From positions 418 to 64,417 of the forward strand of contig JAWXTD010000004.1 of assembly GCA_044433805.1 (NCBI GenBank): a DNA stretch of 64,000 bases, read 5' to 3'. Both the position numbers and the translations under genes were made by a program. This DNA comes from Rikenellaceae bacterium. Lineage in GTDB: Bacteria > Bacteroidota > Bacteroidia > Bacteroidales > Rikenellaceae. This document shows, one piece after another, positions 9,890 through 20,269 of this stretch. How positions within the stretch are numbered: position 1 is the stretch's first letter; each line of letters starts with the position of its first letter. Below the pieces are notes generated by a model. That model did not search any database and was not told the origin of the DNA. It worked only from the letters and a program-made list of their open reading frames with translations.

Positions 9890-12514
9890 TTATCGTTTGT
9901 ATTTATCGATGAGCAACCTAATCTTATTATTAAGGTCAGAGGCGTTAATTAGTTCTTCTACAGTGATATGCATTCTATATCGCCAGTAGTGCCTTGGGAA
10001 TGCTGGAATATTAATCCTTTCGGAAGTAGCGTCGCTATTTCTAATCGTCGCATCGATCGAAAGCCAATCCTGAAGAGGTAATATTGTCCACATGGCTGGC
10101 GATGAGAGGTGATTTTCAATAATTCGCTCACAGATATACTCCGAACAATCGCTCGGCGCAACGCCATCGAACCCAAGTTGACAATTGAAATATTGCTGCG
10201 TTAACTCCTTGTCTTCGAGCCACCAAGCGCGAATTGGATTCATATCATGGGTCGAGGTTGTGCATACCGACCTATAAGGGTATGCAGATGTATCGCCAAA
10301 ATTGCGCCATGGCTCCTTGGGCATACGCTCAATCTCGAGCGACAAGATCTGCTCATGGGCCATAACCTCTGGCACAGCCTGAGGAATCATCCCCAGATCC
10401 TCTCCGCAAACCAACATATTGGTAGATTGGATTAATTCGGGCAGTTTTTTTAGCGCATTATCTCGCCAAAAATCGTTATGTCGCTGGTAGTAAAAGTCGT
10501 TGTATAACGCCATATATCGCCCCCTTGCATCCTCGCTCAAAGTCCTAAAAACAAATGAGTTATATGCTGAAATCCGAGGGTGATACAACCCTGCACGATA
10601 CCTATCTTCGATAAACAACACCTCGTCGAGCAACCTCATCAAACCTTCACGCAGTTCCTGATCGCTCACCTTGTCGGCGATTTGCACCTGCGAAGAGTAA
10701 TCTTCCTTTAACTTATAACCAAATGGCTGTGACTCTTCCAAGAAACTATTTTTTACCTTGCCTGCACGCTGCGCAAACAGCTCCGCAAGCACCCAATCTG
10801 TGATATATGGCTGGGTGTAAATATTTTGAAAATCAAAACCATACTCCAATATCTCATCACGACTGAATGGCAAAGATGGATTAAAAAAACCCAGCAATCC
10901 ATGCACAGCGCTGGTTGGAATCTCCCAAATTCGGAAAAATCCTAAGATATGATCGATACGGTAAGCGTCGAAATACTCTGCCATTTTCTTAAATCTCGCA
11001 CTCCACCACGCATAATTATCCTTGGCCATCTCATCCCAATTATAGGTTGGAAAGCCCCAATTTTGCCCCAATGCCGAGAAGTCGTCGGGTGGAGCCCCTG
11101 CCTGCGAATCAAGCCTAAAGAGTCTTGGGTTTACCCAAACATCGACGCTTGTGCGGCTAACACCAATAGGCACATCGCCCTTAAAGGCAACCCCATGCTG
11201 CGCTGCATATCGTTTAACCTCAAGCAGTTGGCAGTGCAAGTGATATTGCACAAAATAATAATATGCTATCGACATATAATCCTTTGATCGCCTCGAGGTG
11301 TAACGTTTGAGCAACGATGAAGAGAACTCCGCCTCTTGCCCCCACTCTGCAAAATAGGGCGTTTGATACTTATCGCGCAAGTGTGAGAATAGAGCATATG
11401 GCTCCAGCCAATTTCGATTTGCCTTGAAGAAATCTTTAAACTCTCTGCGCGAAAGTGTTTGCTCACCTATTTCTTCAAATAAAGCTCTTAAATAATTATT
11501 TTTCAACCTATTAACAGCCTCATAATCCAAATCTACAAGAGCGTTAAGACGCGCACCTTCGGCAATAAATTCCGCCATTGCAGCTTTATCAGACAACTCA
11601 CCCGCCCCTTGCAAGCAGATATATTGCGGATGAAGAGCAAACGATGAATTGGCATTATATGGATATGAATCCTCCCAGGTATTAAACATTGTGGTGTCGT
11701 TGATAGGCAAGATCTGAATAATTTTCTGCCCTACGCTACTGGCCCAATCAACCATCGCCTTGAGATCGAAAAATTCACCAACACCCATACTCCGCTCACT
11801 TCGCAGCGAAAATACCGGAACGGCAACTCCCGCACCTCGCCATGCGGCCTGCGCAAACTCTGGGGCTTCAACATGCACCAAAACACTTGAGGCAGATGAT
11901 TCCAACATATCGAAACGTCGATTCTCGCCACTCTCCCATGCGACAACCTCCCCGTTTTGAGTATCTATGATGGCAAATTTATACTCCCCTTCAACCTTCG
12001 CAAAAGATGGAGAAGCCCAAAGAACATCCTCATGGCGAGTCAGCCTGACAGCTTTACGTGGATCCCAACATCCTAAAATCTCGGAGGAACCAAGCATAGC
12101 AAGCTGCCGCCCACGCTCTACTTGACACGCTCTTGCAACAATAGCAACACCACTGACTCGAGGAGCAATCTTTGGCTCGTCACCGCCTCCAAACAGCACA
12201 TCGGTAAATAGTGACGATAGGTATGATCGCTCCGAGGGCATCTCTTGCCAGCGATCATTTATCTGCAACTCATTGATACTCTTTGACAACCTGAGCTGGC
12301 GAGGCTTACCCCACTCATTGCGCGACAACACACCTTCGCTATATATTGAATATGAATAACTTATCTTAGATAGCTTTAAATCGACCACCACGCTCCAGAG
12401 CGAACCATCGGCCGTAGATAGTGGCAAAACTTCATCACCTATATTTATATGTACAGCCTCGCCATTCGAGGTGTTATATTCAATCTTAAATTCAACTTTC
12501 ATTATTATTCGCAT
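9890..12514 (-). CDS. malQ: 4-alpha-glucanotransferase (GH77 with N-terminal CBM20-like modules, DPE2-type)
   Basis: AGVAVPVFSLRS, QILPINDT, SYPYNANSSFALHP, KGDVPIGV, YRIDHILGFFRIW, GEDLG, STHD. Confidence 0.93.
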   Translation of the reverse strand: MRIIMKVEFKIEYNTSNGEAVHINIGDEVLPLSTADGSLWSVVVDLKLSKISYSYSIYSEGVLSRNEWGKPRQLRLSKSINELQINDRWQEMPSERSYLSSLFTDVLFGGGDEPKIAPRVSGVAIVARACQVERGRQLAMLGSSEILGCWDPRKAVRLTRHEDVLWASPSFAKVEGEYKFAIIDTQNGEVVAWESGENRRFDMLESSASSVLVHVEAPEFAQAAWRGAGVAVPVFSLRSERSMGVGEFFDLKAMVDWASSVGQKIIQILPINDTTMFNTWEDSYPYNANSSFALHPQYICLQGAGELSDKAAMAEFIAEGARLNALVDLDYEAVNRLKNNYLRALFEEIGEQTLSRREFKDFFKANRNWLEPYALFSHLRDKYQTPYFAEWGQEAEFSSSLLKRYTSRRSKDYMSIAYYYFVQYHLHCQLLEVKRYAAQHGVAFKGDVPIGVSRTSVDVWVNPRLFRLDSQAGAPPDDFSALGQNWGFPTYNWDEMAKDNYAWWSARFKKMAEYFDAYRIDHILGFFRIWEIPTSAVHGLLGFFNPSLPFSRDEILEYGFDFQNIYTQPYITDWVLAELFAQRAGKVKNSFLEESQPFGYKLKEDYSSQVQIADKVSDQELREGLMRLLDEVLFIEDRYRAGLYHPRISAYNSFVFRTLSEDARGRYMALYNDFYYQRHNDFWRDNALKKLPELIQSTNMLVCGEDLGMIPQAVPEVMAHEQILSLEIERMPKEPWRNFGDTSAYPYRSVCTTSTHDMNPIRAWWLEDKELTQQYFNCQLGFDGVAPSDCSEYICERIIENHLSSPAMWTILPLQDWLSIDATIRNSDATSERINIPAFPRHYWRYRMHITVEELINASDLNNKIRLLIDKYKR

Positions 12515-12614
12515 TAATCATACTAACAAATTTAATCAAAAGAATCCAAATATGAAAGTTTTCGTACTATAAACTTACAACAATGCAGATTGTTTTTTGT
12601 ATCTTTGTGCCATT

Positions 12615-13910
12615 ATGGAGGATATACAAAAAGATATAGTACAGGAAGATCTATTAGAAAATAGGTACGATGTGATTGTCATCGGTGCAGGAGCTGCAGG
12701 AATGATGGCTGCAGGAACAGCTGCTAAGAGCGGTAAACGAGTTCTGCTCATGGAGAAGATGGAGAAGTCGGGACGCAAGGTTCGCATCACCGGCAAGGGG
12801 CGTTGCAACGTAACCAATGCTCGTCCAGCCGAGGAGTTTGCCGAGCATATACGCGCTAATGCTGAATTCTTCACACCATCGTTCGAGGAGTTTACCAACC
12901 GTTCAACAATTCGTTTTTTCGATAAACTTGGCTGCAAATTAGAGGTCGAGCGTGGCGATAGAGTCTTTCCAAAGAGTGGCAAGGCGTGGGACGTTGCAAC
13001 CGCATTGTTGGATTACTGCGTTGATAATCATGTGAAAATTGTATATAATATCGAAGTAACCTCGATTATTACTGTTGCGGGAAAAATTTACGGAGTAACA
13101 TACAGAAACAAGCGTGGCTTCGAGCGCAAAGAGGAGTGCACCGAGGTGATCTTGGCAACGGGAGGAGTCTCATACCCTGCCACAGGATCAACGGGTGATG
13201 GATATGCATTTGCTGCAGATTTAGGACACACTATCGAACCTATACGCCCATCGCTTACGCCATTAATTTCTGATCACCCACAGATGCAACGCTTGGATGG
13301 AATTTTACTTCGCAACACCAATGCTCAACTCTGGGTCGATTGCGAAATGGTTCGCGAAGAGTTTGGTGAGATCAGCTTCTCGGATCGAGGAATTGAGGGA
13401 GCTATAGCCCTGCGACTTAGCCGATTAGCTGTCGATGCACTTATCGATGGCAAAGATGTTAAACTGGTGTTGGATCTTAAAACCGCCCTCACCCCAGAGA
13501 TGCTGAAAGATCGCATTGATCGAGAAATTGCAGAACTGGAGCCAACCGAGCAATTCTCGGAGCTGCTATGGAAATTGGTACCAAAACCACTTATCATACC
13601 TATTTCAGAGGAAATTGGGCTTCACTCAAGAATTTACATAAGCAAGCTTACCGAGCAGAATATCAACGACTTGATAGGCGTCTTAAAGAGCTTCACCTTC
13701 CAAATTAACGATTATGCGCCATTTACTCAGGCCATAATTACCGCAGGAGGAGTATGTTGCGACGAGGTTAACCCCGAAACCCTTGAATCAAAGATCGTTA
13801 AGAATCTATATTTTGCTGGCGAGATACTCGATTTGGATGCAGATACCGGAGGCTACAACCTGCAAATTGCATTCTCAACAGGTAAATTAGCGGGCCAGCT
13901 AAAGAAATAG
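12615..13910 (+). CDS. HI0933/BaiN/YhiN family flavoprotein (possible rRNA dihydrouridine synthase)
   Basis: GAGAAG FAD motif, GRKVRITGKGRCNVTN, ATGGVSYPATGSTGDGY, TAGGV, GGYNLQIAFSTG. Confidence 0.9.
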   Translation: MEDIQKDIVQEDLLENRYDVIVIGAGAAGMMAAGTAAKSGKRVLLMEKMEKSGRKVRITGKGRCNVTNARPAEEFAEHIRANAEFFTPSFEEFTNRSTIRFFDKLGCKLEVERGDRVFPKSGKAWDVATALLDYCVDNHVKIVYNIEVTSIITVAGKIYGVTYRNKRGFERKEECTEVILATGGVSYPATGSTGDGYAFAADLGHTIEPIRPSLTPLISDHPQMQRLDGILLRNTNAQLWVDCEMVREEFGEISFSDRGIEGAIALRLSRLAVDALIDGKDVKLVLDLKTALTPEMLKDRIDREIAELEPTEQFSELLWKLVPKPLIIPISEEIGLHSRIYISKLTEQNINDLIGVLKSFTFQINDYAPFTQAIITAGGVCCDEVNPETLESKIVKNLYFAGEILDLDADTGGYNLQIAFSTGKLAGQLKK

Positions 13911-13914
13911 AGTT

Positions 13915-14397
13915 ATGAGCGCAGCACGAAATAGTTTGTGGAGTGGGAGTCGATTAACAAATCGGCTCTCGCGACTCAAGCATATTCGAGGTCGTGGAAT
14001 TCACTCCCCTTTTGTTTATTCACTTGTTCGCAAGGTGTTAATAAACAACAAATTAAACCCTATAGGCGAGCATCATATTTTTCGAGATATAGAAAATAAG
14101 CATACAGCAAAAGAGCTTTCGCAATTAGCATCACACTGCAAATACACGGATATCTCTATCGATGATCTTAATGGCGAAGATATGATTATATTTACGCCAA
14201 AATCATCAGACTCAACAATATGCGACGCAGTCAACATGGCCACAAATAGCGGCACAGCAATTGTGATCATCTCACCATATAAACGTCGCGATCTTTGCAA
14301 TAGGGTCATCAAGGAGAGCCGTAGCACATCGATTGATAGATTTGACTACTTAATTATATTTAACAACCACCTGCCAAAACAGCACTTTAAATTATGA
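13915..14397 (+). CDS. Conserved hypothetical protein (GIHSPFVY family, possibly a degenerate methyltransferase)
   Basis: RGRGIHSPFVY N-terminal motif and C-terminal LPKQHFKL; overlaps the start of the next gene. Confidence 0.55.
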   Translation: MSAARNSLWSGSRLTNRLSRLKHIRGRGIHSPFVYSLVRKVLINNKLNPIGEHHIFRDIENKHTAKELSQLASHCKYTDISIDDLNGEDMIIFTPKSSDSTICDAVNMATNSGTAIVIISPYKRRDLCNRVIKESRSTSIDRFDYLIIFNNHLPKQHFKL

Positions 14398-14945
14398 GGG
14401 TCTATACCAAAACTGGAGATAGTGGCACCACCGCACTGATCGGTGGTGAGCGAGTTTCAAAAAACGATATTCGTGTTGAAGCTTATGGAACAGTCGATGA
14501 GCTTTCGGCATTCATCGCACTTTTAGCCGACAAGATTAAGGTGCGATGCGAGACGGAAAAATATGCACAAGAGCTATACAGCATCAACTCCATGCTAATG
14601 AATATCGAGTCGCACCTGGCTGCTGGCGAAAATATCGACTTCAAACTTCCCGAAATCCCCCAAAAGGCGATCGAAAAACTTGAGGCGGATATTGACCAGA
14701 TGCAGCAATCGCTCCCGGCGATAACTAACTTCACAATACCTGGCGGAGATGAGGTTGTATCGCTTTGTCACGTTGCTCGCACAATTTGCCGACGTGCCGA
14801 GCGTCGTAGCATCGAAGTAGCTGATAATTTTGCACTTAACACCAACGTTGCCAAGTACCTCAATCGACTATCTGACTATTTATACCTTTTGGGGCGCACT
14901 ACGTCGGCACTTCTTAAAGTCGAAGAAATACTTTGGAGACCATAG
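14394..14945 (+). CDS. ATP:cob(I)alamin adenosyltransferase, PduO-type
   Basis: VYTKTGDSGTT, AYGTVDELS, RTICRRAER, YLNRLSDYLY. Confidence 0.93.
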   Translation: MRVYTKTGDSGTTALIGGERVSKNDIRVEAYGTVDELSAFIALLADKIKVRCETEKYAQELYSINSMLMNIESHLAAGENIDFKLPEIPQKAIEKLEADIDQMQQSLPAITNFTIPGGDEVVSLCHVARTICRRAERRSIEVADNFALNTNVAKYLNRLSDYLYLLGRTTSALLKVEEILWRP

Positions 14946-14992
14946 TGGTTATGTAAATTGCATCATCTAAAGATTAAAAAATCATTAATTCT

Positions 14993-15023
14993 GTTGGATA
15001 TTTCAAATTTATTTATATATTTG
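14993..15023 (+). promoter_or_regulatory. Bacteroidota housekeeping promoter for DUF2795 gene
   Basis: GTTG-N19-TATATTTG matches the -33/-7 consensus TTTG-N19-21-TAnnTTTG. Confidence 0.6.
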
Positions 15024-15066
15024 CCGAAAATTTGTCAATAATAACAACTTAATAATAAGAACTACT

Positions 15067-15288
15067 ATGTATTGGACACTTGAACTCGCATCGAAATTAG
15101 AGGATGCACCATGGCCAGCAACAAAAGATGAGCTAATCGATTATGCCGTTCGCTCAGGATCGCCTCTAGAGGTATTAGAGAATCTTCAAGAGATTGAGGA
15201 CGAAGGCGAAATATATGAGTCAATAGAGGATATTTGGCCAGACTACCCTACCAAAGATGATTTCTTCTTCAACGAAGAGGAGTATTAA
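15067..15288 (+). CDS. DUF2795 domain small acidic protein
   Basis: MYWTLELASKLEDAPWPATKDELIDYA...IWPDYPT, a highly conserved Bacteroidota sequence. Confidence 0.9.
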   Translation: MYWTLELASKLEDAPWPATKDELIDYAVRSGSPLEVLENLQEIEDEGEIYESIEDIWPDYPTKDDFFFNEEEY

Positions 15289-15314
15289 TAGATCCAAATA
15301 TTACATCTTTATAA

Positions 15315-15352
15315 TAATAGCCCCTTTCTGCAACGAAAGGGGCTATTACTTT
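15315..15352 (+). terminator. Rho-independent terminator after DUF2795
   Basis: TAATAGCCCCTTTC-tgcaac-GAAAGGGGCTATTA 14-bp stem followed by CTTT. Confidence 0.75.
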
Positions 15353-15379
15353 GAGATCACCTACCTGGATGGCTCAAAA

Positions 15380-15423
15380 TAATGCGACCTGCAAATCATT
15401 TGATAGATTTGCAGGTCGCATTA
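15380..15423 (-). terminator. Hairpin terminator after secDF
   Basis: TAATGCGACCTGCAAATC...GATTTGCAGGTCGCATTA 18-bp inverted repeat, followed by TTTT on the minus strand. Confidence 0.75.
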
Positions 15424-15445
15424 ATATTTCAGCTATAGAATTGTA

Positions 15446-18400
15446 TTACTTCTTCTTTTTAGCATCTGCCTTCTCCATCATATCGTATGCTATTGGAGTA
15501 GCGATGAACAATGATGAATATGTTCCGACGATAATACCGATGATAAGTGCGAATACAAATCCACGGATAGTCTCACCACCAAAGATAAAGATCGAAAGAA
15601 GTGTAAGGAATGTTGTACCTGAAGTATTCAACGTACGAGCCATTGTTGAGTTGATCGCACCGTTGATATTCTCCTTAAGATCGCGCTTTGGATATAGGCC
15701 AATGTACTCACGGATACGGTCGAAGATGATCACTGTATCGTTGATCGAGTAACCGATAATTGTAAGGATCGCAGCAATAAACGCTTGGTTGATCTCCAAG
15801 TTAAATGGCATCCATCCGTAAAGGATAGAGAACAGACCAATCACAATAAATGTATCGTGAATAAGGGCAGCAGTTGCTCCCGAAGCCCATTGCCATCTCT
15901 TGAAACGAACGGTGATGTAAAGTCCAATTGCAACTAGAGACAATAGAATTGACCAAATTGCGCCCCAAGTCATATCTTTAGCAATCGAAGGTCCGATTTT
16001 GTCAGCCGAGATAACTCCATTCTCATCATCTTGGTTATTGCAGAACTGATCGTATGAAATTGAGTATGAGTATAGTGGGCTTACCGCATTGTAAATTTTA
16101 GAGTAGATCATCTCGGTTGTCTCCTCGCGAGTGTCGTCGTATAGATATTGAGTTACAACACGCATTTGATTCTCGTCACCATATTGCTTAACCTCGAAGC
16201 TTACGCCTGCAGCATCTTCAACATCAGCGAATTGAGCATCGATAGCCTCGCGAACCTCTTCAGCCGATACATTATTGTCGAAACGAATAACATAAGCACG
16301 ACCTCCTGTGAACTCAGTACCCATGTTCAATCCACGGATAGCAAGTGAAGCGATCGATAGAACGATAACTACAGATGAGATAATATATGCACCTTTACGC
16401 TTGTCGATAAAGTTAATCGAAAGACCCTTCAACCAATTCTCAGACCATGAGCGAGAGAATTTAATTCCATCGAACTTCTCATTTGCCCACTCAATAAGCA
16501 AGCGAGTGATAAATACAGAGCAGAAGAACGATGTCATGATACCGATTACAAGAGTTGTAGCAAATCCTTGAACTGGACCAGTACCAAATACAGCAAGTAC
16601 GATACCTGTGATAAGTGTAGTTACGTTACCATCGATAATTGCTGAGTATGCATTCGAGAAACCATCTTTGATTGACGCTGCGATACCTTTACCAGAACGC
16701 AACTCCTCTTTGATACGCTCATAGATAATTACGTTCGCATCCACAGCCATACCCATAGTAAGCACAATACCAGCAATACCAGGGAGTGTCAAAACAGCTC
16801 CAAACGAAACTAGAACACCTAAAAGAAGGAATACATTAAGGATTAGCGCGATATCGGCCAACCAACCTGCTCCTTTGTAGAATAAGCCCATGTACAAAAG
16901 CACCAAGCAGAATGCGATGATAAATGAGAATAGACCAGCATCTATAGACTCTTGACCCAAAGATGGACCAACTACAGCCTCTTGGATAATGCGAGCTGGC
17001 GCTGGCACTTTACCCGATTTAAGCACGTTTGCTAAATCCTTTGCCTCTTGGATTGTGAAGTTTCCTGTGATAAGGGTGTTACCACCTTCGATCTTGGTTT
17101 GGATAACTGGAGCAGAGTAAACATAACCATCAAGAACGATAGCTACACACTTACCAATATTATCACCCGTTAGGCGAGCCCACTCCTTAAGACCTGTAGC
17201 ATTCATCGATACCGAAACCTCGGCACTAGCACCTTGATCAGAGTACATCTCGCGAGCATCGGTTACAACGCTACCATCAAGTGGAGCTTTGCCGTCAGCA
17301 CGCTCAGCACGGATTGCATATAGGAAGTAGCGACCCTCAAGATCATCATTTCCTTTGATACCCCATTTGAAACGGATGTCAGCAGGGAACAACTCCAAAA
17401 CCTCGGGCATTGCCAAATACTCATTAATCTTAGCCATATCGCTAGCCGAAGCAGCACCAATCACCGAACCACCAGCATATTGAGGGTTAAGAAGTGCAAA
17501 GAGTGGATTGCTCTTTACAGAGTATCCCGACATAGCTGCATCACTTTGAGTCGCAGCATCGCCTACAGCCGAAAGAAGTGAATTCTCCTCTTCAGCTTGA
17601 ACTTCAGTCGCCTCTGCCTCAGCTACCTCTTCTGCAGCCTCTTGAGCCTCAGCGTCGTTGATCTCTTTGATTGTGCGATCAGCAAGAGCCAATGTTGATA
17701 TTATCTCGCGAGCATCGTATGTTGTCCAAAACTCAAGTGAAGCGGCACCTTGCAAAAGGTCGCGAACACGTTGTGGCTCCTTAACACCAGGAAGCTCAAC
17801 CAATACTCTGTTTGAACCTGGCAAACGTTGGATGTTTGGTTGAGTTACACCAAAACGGTCGATACGATTGCGAAGGATGTTGAATGAAGTTGCAATTGCA
17901 GCCTCGGCCTCGCGACGAAGAACCGCTTCAACAGCGCCATTCGAACTGTTTGGCATAATGTCTTTGCGCTCTGGACTAACGAAAATTGCAGCCAAAGATG
18001 CGCCATCGCTAGCAGCATCAAACGCATTAACAAACGCACCGATATAATCTTGTGTTGCGCCACTGTTGAATTGCTCACTTGCAACTTGAGTTGCTTGAAC
18101 GAACGCAGGGTCTGAAGCGCTATCACCAGCCAATGTCTTGACTACATCTTGCACCTCTATCTCCAACATTACATTCATACCACCCTTAAGATCGAGACCC
18201 AAGTTGAGCTCTTTCTCCTTTACCTGCTTGTAGGTAAATTTGGTGAAACCTAAGTTATATACAACTTGGTTTTGAATTGAGTCGAGATAATACTGCTCAT
18301 AATTGAGCGCCTGAACCTCGTTTGCTTGGCTTAACTCTGCAGCATACTTTACCGCATCTTTCTCTACACTTCGCGCTTTAAACGTGAAGGAGAGCTGATA

Positions 18401-18457
18401 AATACAAGCGATTGCCAACGAAATCGCAAGTACCTTGATAGCACCTTTACTTTGCAT
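15446..18457 (-). CDS. secDF: Protein translocase subunit SecDF
   Basis: LNLGLDLKGG, RIDRFGVTQP, GMAVDANVIIYERIKEE, GYSINDTVIIFDRIRE. Start MQSKGAIK at 18457. Confidence 0.96.
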   Translation of the reverse strand: MQSKGAIKVLAISLAIACIYQLSFTFKARSVEKDAVKYAAELSQANEVQALNYEQYYLDSIQNQVVYNLGFTKFTYKQVKEKELNLGLDLKGGMNVMLEIEVQDVVKTLAGDSASDPAFVQATQVASEQFNSGATQDYIGAFVNAFDAASDGASLAAIFVSPERKDIMPNSSNGAVEAVLRREAEAAIATSFNILRNRIDRFGVTQPNIQRLPGSNRVLVELPGVKEPQRVRDLLQGAASLEFWTTYDAREIISTLALADRTIKEINDAEAQEAAEEVAEAEATEVQAEEENSLLSAVGDAATQSDAAMSGYSVKSNPLFALLNPQYAGGSVIGAASASDMAKINEYLAMPEVLELFPADIRFKWGIKGNDDLEGRYFLYAIRAERADGKAPLDGSVVTDAREMYSDQGASAEVSVSMNATGLKEWARLTGDNIGKCVAIVLDGYVYSAPVIQTKIEGGNTLITGNFTIQEAKDLANVLKSGKVPAPARIIQEAVVGPSLGQESIDAGLFSFIIAFCLVLLYMGLFYKGAGWLADIALILNVFLLLGVLVSFGAVLTLPGIAGIVLTMGMAVDANVIIYERIKEELRSGKGIAASIKDGFSNAYSAIIDGNVTTLITGIVLAVFGTGPVQGFATTLVIGIMTSFFCSVFITRLLIEWANEKFDGIKFSRSWSENWLKGLSINFIDKRKGAYIISSVVIVLSIASLAIRGLNMGTEFTGGRAYVIRFDNNVSAEEVREAIDAQFADVEDAAGVSFEVKQYGDENQMRVVTQYLYDDTREETTEMIYSKIYNAVSPLYSYSISYDQFCNNQDDENGVISADKIGPSIAKDMTWGAIWSILLSLVAIGLYITVRFKRWQWASGATAALIHDTFIVIGLFSILYGWMPFNLEINQAFIAAILTIIGYSINDTVIIFDRIREYIGLYPKRDLKENINGAINSTMARTLNTSGTTFLTLLSIFIFGGETIRGFVFALIIGIIVGTYSSLFIATPIAYDMMEKADAKKKK

Positions 18458-18676
18458 CTGAACGAACTTTTGTTTACTATTATAATTAAATTTTATTCTC
18501 CATTTGTGTGGTGTTACAACCCGTTTACCATAATAATAGGCTTGCAAAAATAGTAATTTTTATTGAATATTCGCATTTTGGCATAAAATTATTGCATTCA
18601 AAAATAAATAATATTCAATTAGCGTTCACAATTTACGAATTAAATCTTAAATTTGCACAGCAAAACAGAAAAATTA

Positions 18677-19408
18677 ATGCAAAAATTAGTAATCATACCT
18701 ACATATAACGAGATCGAAAATATCTCGGCAATGATCGATAAGGTGTTCTCTTTAGAGGGAGAGTTCCATCTTTTGATAATCGACGATGGATCGCCCGACG
18801 GTACTGCCGATGTGGTCAAGCGTCGCATCAAGGAGAATCCAAAACGGATATTTATCATCGAGAGAGCCGGAAAACTTGGATTAGGCACCGCATATATCGC
18901 TGGATTCAAGTGGGCCATTGAGCGAAAATATGACTATATCTTCGAGATGGATTGCGACTTTTCGCACAACCCCGACGACCTTTTGCGATTATACTCCTCG
19001 ACGCAAGAGGGAAACGACGTTGTGGTGGGTTCGCGTTATATTAAAGGTGTGAATGTTGTTAATTGGCCAATGTCGAGGCTGTTGCTATCATATTTCGCAT
19101 CGAAGTATGTACGCTATGTCTCGGGAATGAAGGTTGCCGATGCCACAGCCGGTTTTGTATGTTATTCGCGCAAAGTATTGGAGACAATCGATCTGGATGC
19201 CGTAAAGATGAGGGGATATGGTTTTCAAATCGAGATGAAATATTCGGCCATAAAGTTAGGGTTTAAACTCGACGAGGTGTCTATCGTATTCACCGACCGC
19301 CAAAAGGGAACCTCAAAGATGAGCAGTGGAATATTTGGCGAAGCATTTTTTGGAGTAATCAAACTCCCTTTGCGTAAAATTTCGCCTAAAACTGGTAAGG
19401 ATAAGTAA
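18677..19408 (+). CDS. Polyprenol monophosphomannose synthase (GT2, DPM1-like)
   Basis: IIPTYNE, DDGSPDGT, KLGLGTAY, EMDCDFSH, GSRY, GYGFQIEM. Confidence 0.9.
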   Translation: MQKLVIIPTYNEIENISAMIDKVFSLEGEFHLLIIDDGSPDGTADVVKRRIKENPKRIFIIERAGKLGLGTAYIAGFKWAIERKYDYIFEMDCDFSHNPDDLLRLYSSTQEGNDVVVGSRYIKGVNVVNWPMSRLLLSYFASKYVRYVSGMKVADATAGFVCYSRKVLETIDLDAVKMRGYGFQIEMKYSAIKLGFKLDEVSIVFTDRQKGTSKMSSGIFGEAFFGVIKLPLRKISPKTGKDK

Positions 19409-20132
19409 TTTTGCTTAAAAATAACCCTTGGGCCGGTGCTCCGGCACTAGCCCGGGCAAGGCACCTGCTCGATACAATTTCATCGAACTCTTCGACTGTA
19501 TATTTACCTCGCCCAACATCGACCAGCGTGCCAACAATCGAACGCACCATATTACGCAAAAAGCGGTTAGCGCATATCTCAAAGCGCAATACCCCACCCT
19601 CCTCTTGGCTCCAATGAGCGTAATGAAGGTCACACAAATTATTTTTATTATTTGAATTAAGCTTAGCGAAGGTTGTAAAATCTTTATGCTGGGTCAAAAG
19701 CGCTGCTGCTTGATTCATCTTCTCAACATCTAAGTCTACATAATATTGCCATGACGAGTGACGTGTAAATGGATTTTTATAGCGCTCAATATAATAGGTG
19801 TATGTGCGCTCGATGGCATCGAAACGAGCATGAGCATCTGTGGCAACTTCCGCCACCCTTATTATCGCAATAGCCTCTGGCAGAATAACATTGAGCTTAT
19901 AGGTGAGCTGCTCGAGCGGCATACAAATATCCGACGAGGTGTCGAAGTGAGCCACATAATGTGAAGCATTAACCCCCGTGTCGGTTCTGCCCGCTCCAAC
20001 AATCTCGATTGGCTGGCGCAAGAGTGTCGACAAGGCTCTCTCGATCTCCCCTTGAATGGTCGGTACGTCGTTTTGACGCTGCCATCCGAAGTATGCAGCA
20101 CCATTGTATTTTAGCTCAATGAAATATCTCAT
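19386..20132 (-). CDS. truA: tRNA pseudouridine(38-40) synthase
   Basis: YNGAAYFGWQRQ, GAGRTDTGV, ANRFLRNMVR, APAQGLFL. Confidence 0.96.
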   Translation of the reverse strand: MRYFIELKYNGAAYFGWQRQNDVPTIQGEIERALSTLLRQPIEIVGAGRTDTGVNASHYVAHFDTSSDICMPLEQLTYKLNVILPEAIAIIRVAEVATDAHARFDAIERTYTYYIERYKNPFTRHSSWQYYVDLDVEKMNQAAALLTQHKDFTTFAKLNSNNKNNLCDLHYAHWSQEEGGVLRFEICANRFLRNMVRSIVGTLVDVGRGKYTVEEFDEIVSSRCLARASAGAPAQGLFLSKITYPYQF

Positions 20133-20184
20133 GGCACAAAAATAGTAATTTTTCAGCTATTCTTCAATAAAATATAGTAATAAC

Positions 20185-20216
20185 GTTGATAGTTACTCTA
20201 TGAATTAGTATATTTG
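20185..20216 (+). promoter_or_regulatory. Bacteroidota promoter for the dapB-lepB-yigZ-uvrA run
   Basis: GTTG-N20-TATATTTG. Confidence 0.6.
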
Positions 20217-20269
20217 CATTTTTTAATGCAAAGTATTAACGAGGTGATAACCTCCAAAAATTTAGAATA

